This document shows positions 42,101-54,100 of a stretch of 64,000 nucleotides of DNA, piece after piece (positions within the stretch are counted from its first letter, which is position 1; the number at the start of each line of letters is the position of its first letter). The DNA lies in the NCBI RefSeq assembly GCF_964355755.1, contig NC_092676.1, forward strand, positions 17,750,871 to 17,814,870. The letters run 5' to 3'. The notes beneath the pieces are model-generated. The model did no database searches, was not told the DNA's origin, and worked only from the letters and a program-made list of their open reading frames with translations. The DNA comes from Antedon mediterranea (lineage: Eukaryota; Animalia; Echinodermata). The position numbers and the translations under genes were made by a program.

Positions 42101-45100
42101 ACTTTTTACCTCTAACTAACTAAGTTTTTGTCAGAATATTTTTTAAATGGTCTTATTTGATAGATAATTACATTTTCTTTATATTAAAAAAAAACAATTA
42201 CATTAAATATCCATAGTTCAGATAAATTTACGTTAAGTGCCTAAAATCAGCAAATATAACACATTTTAATACATAACAAATACTATTGGATATTAAGAAA
42301 TTACAAATTTAGTTATCATAATTAGGATTCTTTTACATTTTTATAGAAACTGTTTTATTATAAAACATATAAATATATATTTTTCTAACAATTTCTCATA
42401 AAAAAACTTTTACGACCACTAGTTTTCGAGATATAGAAATGTGTACTACCAGTACAGGTCAAAGGTCAATAACAAGAATCTGGGTCATTTTCTTGGAAAA
42501 GTTTGTATTAGACTGAATAGAAACATATATCTTCTGATTACTTTGAGACCTATTTAAAGTTTGTCCAACTGTTAGTTACCAAGTTATATGACATGTAGGT
42601 CAAAGGTCAAAAATACCAAAAATCATACTTCCGGCCATTTTTTGACAAATGTTTCCATTAGGAAGAATATTAATATGCATCTTCCAAAGAATTTGACACT
42701 AAAAATATTTAATTTAAGGCAAGCGTTGCGGAGATATGGTTATTTTGTTTTCAATTGGATTAAAATATTCAAATTGAGGTCAAAGGTCAAGGAAAAACTT
42801 TAGAAATTTGATAACATGGGTTTTTATAACTAGCATGGTTAAAAAATTCATAAAATGCAATGCTTGCACTTTCCTTCTGATTTGCAGACTAAATTATAAT
42901 TATTAGGAAATGGACTATTTGTGACTTTGTATACAATTATATGTATTTCAATTTCAATGGCTACCATTTTTATTTTTGGGCGCCATTTTGGAACTCACTT
43001 TATATAATATTTCCTGAATCGGTTTTACTGACCACAGAAATTCTTTATTCAGTACATTATTTGTCTATTTGTAACTTTTACAGCCAGAGATATATGATAT
43101 ACCAATTTACTGGCAGCCATTTTGGATTTTGGCCGCCATCTTGGAAAATCGGAAGCTGAGCGGGGTGGCTCCTAGGCAAAAATCAATTAGTACGTCTAAA
43201 AGAAGCCTCATGCCAAATTTGGTGCTTTTGTCCACCGTGTAACGTTTTAGTCGCTAAGCCACCTGACTATTAACCTTAAACACTTTGTGAATACCACTTA
43301 AGTGAAACCCTTAATATTTTCTTGATTTAATGGAAATATCTCACTTAAGTGTGATTGATGAATACGGCCACAGGCACCTAGTAATTAGAGCTGGTTCTTC
43401 ATAAAACAGTGATGGGTTCTACATCAATGTAAAGCTCTGTCTACACTATCAAACTAGTTTGCCTAAAAATTGTGCCTAAATATGGTAGTGAATATGGTAG
43501 TGATATATGACATCATCATGTCCATATAATGGCACATCACATTTGTTGTCACATAAAGTTTGATAGTGTAGACAGAGCTTAAGGTGACCAAAGCAGTCCC
43601 GAACTCGTTATTTTTCAATTAAATAATGCTTTGTTATAGACATGAACAATGACAAACATAACAAACACATTTACTTTTTTGGAAGGTGGTCTCGGTTCAA
43701 CTGCTTTCCTTTCAGCAGAATGTTTCAGTGATGGAATATTTTCTTCCTGATGACTCTCCTGTAATTAATGTAAACACAATTATGTATTAAGTTTTGTTGT
43801 TGTAAAAGAGTAATCAGTTTAGTATAAGCAATACAAAACCAAATAAAGCGTTCTTGTATTATTTTGAAGGTTTGTTTTACTGACCTCTCTGTGCAATCTT
43901 GTTGCTGACACTGGTGGCGTCTCCGTTGGTTTATTAGTCTCCACTTGTGCTCCTGGCTGTAATGCATTACGGATTGCATCGATCTCATCTGTAGTAATTT
44001 CATTTTTAGTACCAGATTTAAGTGAAGTTTTCGAACACTCGTTTCTTTGATAAGTGGATTCTACTGTGTCTTTCGTCTCTTTCTTAGTTATTTCAGAAGA
44101 TAATTGAGTAATTTCTCCGTTTTCTATCTTAGACGATACTGACATTTTTTTTCTGTCATCAATTATGTTATGAGACGACTTGTGTGATTCTGTTGATACG
44201 TTTTTTGTAGACAGTTCTGATATAGCCTAAATGATGACAAAACGTTATTAAAGATTAAATTGATTGAGAGTTCAACCCAATGACTACCACTGCTTTCTAC
44301 GTCTTTAATTACGCAGTAGTATTAATAACTACCTAACTACATTATACCTCGATTGTGTTTGTACAACGTTTAAATATAATGTACTACTGTATTAATAAAT
44401 GTAACTATTTCGATACCTTATTAGTATGTTGAACATCTAACATGTTTTCCGTGTCCGAACCAAGATGCATAGATTGTGTCCTTTCGTTTTTAAGAGAATC
44501 ATGGTTTGTTGTTTCGATAGTGTCCAATGACTTGACTCTACGATCAGTCTGCATACTAGAGTGACCTTCTTTAGTTTCAGTTGCTACTAAATTATTATCG
44601 TCAGATGTCTTATGTCTACTGGAAGTAAAAAAGTCTTTTACGGATGACACGAATCGAGAGAGGAAACTTTCCGACCTGCGTCTTGTTCGTGAATTGATCG
44701 ATGAAGAAGATGCATCAGATATTAATACTGTTGGTCGTAATGGTTCCGATGCCACTACGCGCGTCTTACCACCGTTTCTTCGCAATGCCTCCTTAAATGA
44801 TTTTGCACTGTTGCTACGTTTACTATGATGACTAGTGGCCGACTTCCGTCTTTGTACGCTACTTTTTGACGCTTTGGATTTTGTTGACTCTTTTGATTTG
44901 GTTTTTTTACTAGTTCTGCTCCCTGATGATTTTCCTCCTTGCAAGTTATTTGTACCCGGAAGCCATTCATTATACCATTCAACGTCATCAACGTTCTTAG
45001 AACGTTTTGAAACTGTACTAATTACGACCCCCGGAGACTCATCAGTTTCGGTAATGATTTCAGCGTGTACACGATGGGTCGTATCCAATACACCATCTTC

Positions 45101-48100
45101 ACCTAGTTTAACGTCGGAACGTTCGTTATTATCAACCTGTGTAGCTGGTAAATCACATTGGACTCTCTTTAGAACGTCACTAACCATTTGGTCAGCAAAC
45201 ATATCGAGATTCTCGTCATTCATTTCTTCTTCCTCTTCTAGTTCCTCCGTTACATTTTCAGATACATCTTCAAGCTGGTGTTGTTGGTAATACGTTCTCC
45301 TCTTTGGCAAATAACAGAAACCCCCGACATCATCAACCGTCATAACATTCTCCTCATGATGTAGTTCTTCCTCAGACTGTTCAACCAAAATATTATGTGC
45401 TTCTTGAATATCTCCTGATCTAAGAGATGCTCTGCGTTGAGACAGCTGTTGTGTCAAAACTCCACGAAGGCATTCAGCAGTACCTTTACAATTCGTCATG
45501 TCAGGTTTGAAAACATCTCGGAAAGAGTTTCGTTCAAGTGGTTTATGTGCCATTTGATAAGAATTGTTAGGTTTGACAGATATTGCTGCCAAGTTAGAGT
45601 CGACTGTGTTCTGGTCAATATTTAATTGGATATCATTGAAAACAGGAACTATATCTGGTACAGTGTGGCGTCTTTGAACATTTCGTTCATTAAATGACAT
45701 TCTTCTGCCTCCTAATCGTAAAGCACCTTCAGAAGATGTAGCTCTTTCTTCTTCTAATTCATGAAACCCACGAAGAGTTTCTGGTGCCAATATTGCTTCG
45801 TTGACTGATCTTCGGCGAGAGCTAATGGCGTTAATATTTGGTGGAACAGGAAATTGTTCCGTTGCTTCCTGTGCCTGCCAGTCTCCATCTCCATTTGTAG
45901 ACGACGCCTATTAGAAAAAGTTTGAAATATCAGTTTAATGTACGTTATATAAAATAGGTTTTAAAAAGTGAAAGATTGAGGTATAGTTAGGCAAAACGAA
46001 TTAGGATATAGGTATAATCAGAATCTAAAACCAGTAATAAACGATTTTACTAACTACTAACATATCAGTCAAAGATCAAATGTCTTTTATTCAGTATGAA
46101 AATGCATTAATCTATTTTGCAAAAAAAAATCACATACTGTATTGTCAATTATACCAATAATATCTTCTTCCTCATCCTCACAATCGGTGACATCTTCTTC
46201 TGAAGAAGAAACGTAGTGCAGATCTAAACTAGTATCGTCCATCATATTGAGTACAGAAGATAAAACAATACTTTGACGTCGAATGTTATCCTGTGCCACA
46301 GAAACAGTTTCTTCGGGTTGCGTCATTGGTGTTTCTAGATTTAGGTTATTCTCAAGGTACTCAATAGCACTATCAATCGCTTGCCCTACGATGTTATTTG
46401 CCGCTGTATACCAATCATCCTAAAATATATTACAAAAATCAATGTTAATTTATTATTTTTATATTTGCTTTAATAATCTTTTGGCAATAACTTAATTTTT
46501 GTATACAATTGTTTTTTTTTTGTTATGTTTATGTATACAATCTATTCAATGTAAATTACCTCCCCGTCTGATCCTCCAATTGCATCAACCACATCACTAG
46601 ATCTAAAATAATAGTATACTAATAAGTGTATGCACGTATATGACAACATTTTGTCGAATGGAAAGTAGTTGCAAGCCGTTTGAAGACCCCAATTATTTCT
46701 AGTTTTATCACAATGTTTTAAAGCATATAATACGGATGTTTTGTTCAAAAATCTTATATAAAACCAGTGTAGGGAAACCTTTGTGGCAAGCGCTTCAAAT
46801 TAACGAGTCATTTTTTTAGTATTTTAAAATATCAACAACGCAATTCCGCAAATAACTGTAGTTTGCGCTGGTTTATTTACAATCTTAATATGGAATTTTA
46901 TCTTGGGGCATGCAGTGGGTAATGACGCGATTTAGATAGATCTAGTTGTCTATGAAACTGCTGAAAATAGTGCTTCATTTATGATAAAAATGAAGTCCAA
47001 GTTACGACAATCAAAAACATCCTAAACAACCCTCATGCGATAAGCAGAAACCAGATTGCAGTTGAGCGTAAGCATCATACCTCAATATCTTTATAGACAT
47101 GTTTTCTTTAATATTACCTCTTATTAATATTGTTCTCACTTCCACCTTGTGAGGACCGCGGGCTTAAGTAATACCCATCATACCCTTCCTCTTCCGCTAC
47201 GTCTTGTAAGATATTACAAATTAGTCCTTTTGCAAGCGAATCAACACTTCTTGGTTCAATATCAAACGTAGGCATATTATCTAAAAAAACATGCAACATG
47301 TTAATTTTTCAACTACACATGCTTAATCTCTCTTGGCATTTTCCAAGCGATCTCTCCCCCCATCTGTTCACGAGTACACCGGGGTAACTCCCTACCCGTC
47401 TAAAAAGATGCATTAGGTTCTTTAAAGCACACTTGAGTTTGTAGTCCTTATCCAAGGTTCGTTCTACCACCAGAACCATTGCCGGATTACGGCTCCACTG
47501 TCTTAAACATATGAGTAACCGAGTGGTTATCAGTCGTTCCCCCTCTGAATTTGGTATAAATATAGTGACTGGCTCACTCATTAAAAACAAGAAACATTCT
47601 CTAAAATTCAATAATGTCAGGTTTTATTAGGGTTTCATGTATTGTAAATAAATAGACAGGCAAGAATCAATTTACCATCTTCCTCATTCGATACCATTTC
47701 GTTGAGTGAACTATCTAAAGAATTTTTAGTTGAATGAACGGATTCATTGAACCTCAAACTATGTGTAGATACTTTTTGTGGATTTTCACGTGTTGACGGT
47801 TCTGAATTCTCGGTTAATCCCTTATCATGCGTTTCGGTTACAGTGTCTGACTTTGTATCTTCTATTTCCTAGTAAGAAACATAGATAAACATGTACAATG
47901 AAAATAAAACGCGTTCCCGTCCCACATTGGAAACTGCTTAACTAATTCTGCAACCGATTCTCGTACGGTATTATTTTCTAGAGAGAAAAAAACTACCTAC
48001 AGTTTCTTGTGTCCTTTCACCACACATTGCCTCGTTGACATAACGTATTTGGAAACGAGGCAGTCAATGTTTTTTTTTGCAAGCCAGCTGTTTGACAAGA

Positions 48101-51100
48101 GTCGTATGTGAACGCCGACTCTCTAAATATAACCTAGCAATGTGTCATTTTATTTGATATTTATAACCAAGCAGTTGACTATAATTGTAGGTTTAGTAAG
48201 TAGTAAAGCCATTCAATTACCTTTAATTTCTTAATCCAAGAATCATCACATGGGTTAAGGTGGTCAGGAGACGTAAGAGTTCTTTCTAAACTCCAAGAAC
48301 TAGAAAATCGACATCTTCGTGAAGAATTCGCGGCGTTTGTTCTGGCTAATAATAATAATATCGGATAAGAAAATAACTGATATTGCATAATATATGTTCT
48401 ATAATATACCGGCTAATTTAACATCGTCCTACATAAAGGCAACATCAATAACCGAGAGAAAATCAATAAAGTGGAGGAGGGACCATGCATAAGAAAACTC
48501 CTTCAAAAGTATAGAATTGCGAAATGGGTATTACTGTTCCTGTTCTTGGAGCCGTCTTTTTTTAAGACACGTGGTCGTCATTGACGAATACATATTCTAG
48601 TTGTCGTTGACTTTCACTGCTGGGTTCTACTCTCGAGATCCAAGTTTATAATCATGCCAGACACCTTGTTTGATGGTGCCTGCATTACGATCACACTTAA
48701 TGGATTTATCCATGGCAGAATCGTTAAAGTATCAACGTTTTGTATACTGAATCGAACAAAAGTACGTCTGATACCTAATATTGCTTACTTTTTTTAGGTT
48801 GAGAACGTTTCTGGAATCTTTCCTGTACTTTCTTTAACTTTACATCTAATCGTTTTGACACTAGCTCTTCTTTTTCTTTTATTTCATTTGCTCTTCTCTC
48901 TTTGATCTTATAGAAAATAGCTGGGAAATAATGCAAAAAAAGACACTTTATTGTCGTAACTCAAGACGTTAGTAATGATTGAAGGACGTAGTTTGAAATG
49001 TAATAATTTATAAAGCGCTTTTAACAATCAACAGATTGTCACAAGCGCTTAAAATAACAATATGATGGGAGAAAAACAGATTAAAATTATATTAACCTCT
49101 TTGACGAGCCCGAGCTTGTTCAACAGTAGCATCTCTTTCGGCAATGTCTTTGGACATATGCTGTTGTCTTTTCTCCTCTTCGGCTATCTCACGAAGTAGA
49201 TGCATTTCACGAAGACGCTCACGTAAATTCCACTTTTTCTCAAGCTAAAATATAAAGAATCATTATAGCTTTGAGGTCAACATAATTGTTTACCAATCTA
49301 TGGTTCTCCGGGTTCAAATCCCGGCGCTATCACAGTACTTCCTGGTAAATAATGAATTATGGACTGATGGATGTTTTTACCTTTCTCTCTCTTTCTTCCT
49401 GCTTAGCAAGACGGTTCTTTTCCAACTTTTCCGCTCGTTTCTTGTCATCCAGACTTCTTTTTCTGAGCAATGTAGCTTTACGCTTCTTTTCCTATTAAAA
49501 CAGTTATGAACATGAAGATACATTTACTGTTTAGTCTTTATTTGTGAGTGACTTTTTCCACTTGACTATGTATAGTCATATATCATATATAATAACAAGT
49601 TGTTACCAGGTTCGCGTAGTGTGAAGGAAATTTTGTAAACATTCTCCAGGAATTTCACAGGAGAGCCCATATGTACTAGTCCGGTATTTAATTCCTCTTT
49701 GTTAAAAGAAACATGTGATTACGGAATTTTCCTATGATATTGGAGAAATCTAGATTCAATACCGAGAATCGAATACTAAATAAATAATAACTCCTATTAT
49801 AAAAAGTTTTGATTTTAGAATTTATTATCAGATAACAAACATACCTCCATGGCCTGTTGAGCCTTTAACCCATTGACTTTTTCTTGAACTATTCGCATAC
49901 AAGTCGTCTTATGTTTTTGTTTCAAACGAAGTTTTTCTTCAAGTCGGATACATCGTAATTTTTCCAGACTGAGCATGGCATTGAATCTTTTGAAGAAAAA
50001 AAACACCAGCAAGAATGTAAATAGATATTTGTGTAACAATGCACCAGTTATCATTTTTCGCTGTTGTCTGTGCTTCCAATAATGAATAATTCCCATTCTT
50101 GAGTACTTTAGTTACCGTATTCACAGAACGTTCATTCATTCATTTATTTGATCGAAATCACTTAAAACAAGTAAAAAGGTTCATGAATAAAACAGTATTC
50201 AAAAACAACACATAAAACAATGATAACAAATATTTTAAAACATCTAAAACCGTATAAAACAATGTTTAAAATATTTTTTAAATATTAAAACACCATTAAA
50301 AATTGATAAGATATAAAAAGGGTGAGGAAATGTGATTTCGACCATGATCGGATAAGAAAAACAATAACTCTGGTTTTTTTCCATTGGATGGAGTCCTTGA
50401 GTTAAAAGAAGTTTAAAAAGAAGTAAAACTAAATTAAGTTTAGATAGGCCTACTATGCCGGTTTGATGCGAGATTGTTTTTAACTAATTTTCTGAATGCA
50501 TTTACAATCTCAGTACTTTTTATCGTACTTGGTAATTTGTTCCATTCTTTAAATTCTGAAGCATAAAATGTGCCATCTATAACATTAGAAGAGATTGGTG
50601 GAACAACATTAAAATAACTGTGTCGGGTACTATGTGCATGTTGGTTCCCATCCTTTATAAAATTATTACTAAGATATGATGCTACGTATATTTCCATACT
50701 GCATTTTGTGCACAGTTTTTAATTTGATTTGAGTCACCCTATCCTAAAAAAACAATAGCCCTAAAGCTATTGTCACGTCTAGTTCTTTTTGTCCTTTCCT
50801 TTTATCTAGTTCTTTTTGTTATTTTGGAAAGTTTCAAAAAAATAATTCAGTTTTAACGAGTGTTTAAAGAGATATTGTTTACAGCCATTATGGTTTTACA
50901 AGAATAGAAAGTAGATATTACGTAACTGTTATTATGCCTCACATTGGCATATTCTATATCTATATCCGTATTACACCGGTAGTGACATAAGGTCATTATG
51001 TCGGCGTTTTATATTGTTTCCGTAAAAGTAAACCCATATTGCTATTAATTGTTGGTTGACAACTGATGAAACGGGGAAGTAGAAAAGAACAAACCTAACT

Positions 51101-54100
51101 ACAGTTTGGAACAGAAAACAAATAGGCACTGCGACCATTCTCTTTGAGACTACACAGAATGGATATTCTTGTGTTTACGAGTTCTATTTTTCTTATGGTT
51201 ATCAAGATTAGCATTGCTGCTATTGGTAAGATTGATTGAAGAGATTACAATACAACAAGAACTGTCTACAATATCAATAAGATTGACATTTTAAAGTGAT
51301 AGTAGTTAGGCCTAAACGTTTGTATTTGAACCTACGGATCTGTTACGTTCTATGTAATAAGATTGAGTTCATCTCAGAATCGAGTTAGTGAAATAATAAT
51401 TTCTCCATGCAGAAAGCTATGTTAACAAGAATACAGTAGGCAATATCGTAATTCTGTGCTGAGTTCTGCGTATATACTAGCAAATATACTGACGTTGGTA
51501 AGATAATCTTAGCTTTAAAACACTAGCTACACATTTTTTGTAGGCTTAGCTATTAATACGATACATGCAAAAATCATCTTTATCTTATCTTCTTTTTTTT
51601 TTTTTTCAGAAACCGAGTGTGACGGATTTCGTCTTGACACCAGCTGCTATAAGGTCATTCTGCAGGATGAATACACTGACTACAGAAGTTTCAGTTTTTC
51701 TTCTAGTACTTCGGATTCATTTCCAGTAGTCGTAGATGGAATTACAGAATACACATGGAATGATGCACGAACGGCTTGTAAAGATAATGGAACCAATTTA
51801 GCAGCTATTCCTGATGTTCGCGTGCAGATAATTTTGGGATACTATCTCAAAGAAAGTTATCCTGATATGAAAATGTTCATTGGTCTTCGTAGAAACAGCA
51901 AGGAAGATGACTGGAAGTGGGACGGTTTGAAAGAACCATTTGAATATAGTAATTGGAATATAGGTGAACCATCAGTTAAAACGAAAGCTTGTGCCGGAGT
52001 TTATTTGAACACTAATGACAGTTATTGGTATGACATTAGATGTTCTGATGTAATTTGGGGATTAGGGCATACACGTGTTGGAATATTATGTCAATCTGAA
52101 ATAACCCTATCAACAGCAAAAACCAACACTGGAAATATGGGGACGGCTACCCCACTCGAAATGGCACCATGCAATGGTAAGAATTACAAGAGTAGATTTA
52201 TAGCTAGACCAATTATTTTTACGGGACCTAACTAGAACCGCTTTACCATTTTACACACAACAGTTTGGCCTAACATTAGAATGCTGATAACATAAACAGA
52301 AATCAACTACGAAAATATTTTGAATTACTTTATCTCCATGCACAGAATAAAATGAAGTCGAATATTTATTTAATGTACTGTACATGGTTGAAACTATCCT
52401 TATATAGCTACAAAAAAACAACTTTATATTTCAGATCACATATATGTATCAGTAATTGTAGCCCAGGCAATTCTTATCGTGCTGTTAATAGTGTTAGCAA
52501 TCTGCATGGCACAAAAACGTACACCGACGCCGCAGAAGCCAATTGTTAACGGTAAAATTAATTTTAGTTACTATTATAATTTTATAGTATAGTATGTTAC
52601 TAGACTTAAAAGTTGAAAACTCAAAAACACTTAACATTCTTTTAGATTTTTTCGAAATGGTTTTGTCCAGAAAATGGTATATTAATATTAATAACCAATA
52701 TCGTAGTTGAATCATGGTTCTTATAATATTTTATAATGGAAATTGTATCAGAATTATTTTTGTTTAAGATTGTGGGAAAATAATAATCTAATAAACAGCA
52801 AACACTATTCAAGATGAAGTCGTTACTACTTTTTTTACTTATACATCTTTATAATGTTTTTTAATCTATGTTAACTGTAAAAAGGTGGTGTTTTCTTTAG
52901 AAGAATTGTAGAATTCATTTCTTTTATCAAATATTTTTTTAATGAGTTTAACCGTAGGCTAGTCTTTCTCAATTTAAATGCATTTTGAACGACATTATTT
53001 TAATTTTTTGTATTGTATACTTTTCTATATTCACCCTGATATTGGTGCTCTGTTCTGTTGGTTCGTTCATATAACAAATAAATCAAATTTCTCATGGTAC
53101 GTAAAAGTGTACAGTCTCACGTACAGTACATTTTGATCATTATTTTAACCGAATTTGTTTTATTTCAACTGATTCTAGGAAACTCACTGATGTCACCGAC
53201 ACAGTGTAGAGTTAGCTATCACCGGGATAATAAGTATGACGGCGTACCACCGAAAACTGCAGTCATTATTGACGACGAAAATGAATACGCAACGTGTGAA
53301 CAGGTGATGCAACCAGTGTATGATGAATCTAATGTGTCAATGGAAGACGATGAATATATGGAGCCGATAGAACAGCCACCACATGCAAGTTCCGTTTACA
53401 CAGAACTCAACCTCAGATGAGTAAGCCCTATTTAAATGAGAATTGGAGACCGAAATTGGGAAAGCCAGTATTAATAATAACTTAAATTCTTTTAATAATA
53501 TTTAATATTAATTAAAATCGAGTACATAGAAATGTTACTTTAGAATTTGTTTTGCTTTATGGAATTTATTATGTACTAACTAGAGTCTTTGCTGAATGCT
53601 TTGCGAGATGCCTGTGCGATGTGATTTTTTTTTTAAATAGTAATGTATATATACGATTGGCTAACAAGAAATTTATTTTGTCTGCATAATGCCTTATATT
53701 GCGCGTCGAACGCGGTTATGGTATATAAATTGTTATACTTAATTTTTGATATAGAATGAAATTAAAGAAATACAGAAACCAGTGTGAAAGGTGACAATTA
53801 GTAACTAAAAAAGGAAAAGTGAAGATGTTTAGCTTATTGCAATAATCTTTAAAAAAAAATATTGAAAATAATGGTTTCATGTAAATACCTAGCTTCTTTC
53901 TCCTTCTCTTGGTTTTTCTTTCTCTCCTTTGCTTCTTTTGCGCGAATATCTCGGACTTGTTCATTTTCACATTTTTTCACTCCTTTTCTTATTTTCTTTT
54001 GATTAGCCTCCATCTGAAGAATGTAAAATGAGAATACATATAATTAGTTATGATTTTTATAACAGAGAAATTATTATAAATAATATAATGTAAAGCTGTA

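Noticed and set aside
31246-45625. Antisense and alternative-frame ORFs over large exons (e.g. 31930-32223, 33972-34394, 39435-39716, 44835-45290)
   Set aside because: They are shadows of real exons with no independent domain or splice support.
48001-48750. Candidate extra FSIP2-like exons at ~48001-48122 and ~48534-48746
   Set aside because: No phase-consistent, stop-free reading was found, and the flanking exons join in frame without them.
49300-49330. tRNA-like T-arm CCGGGTTCAAATCCCGG
   Set aside because: It has no A-box/D-arm, anticodon stem or acceptor stem; at most a SINE head fragment.
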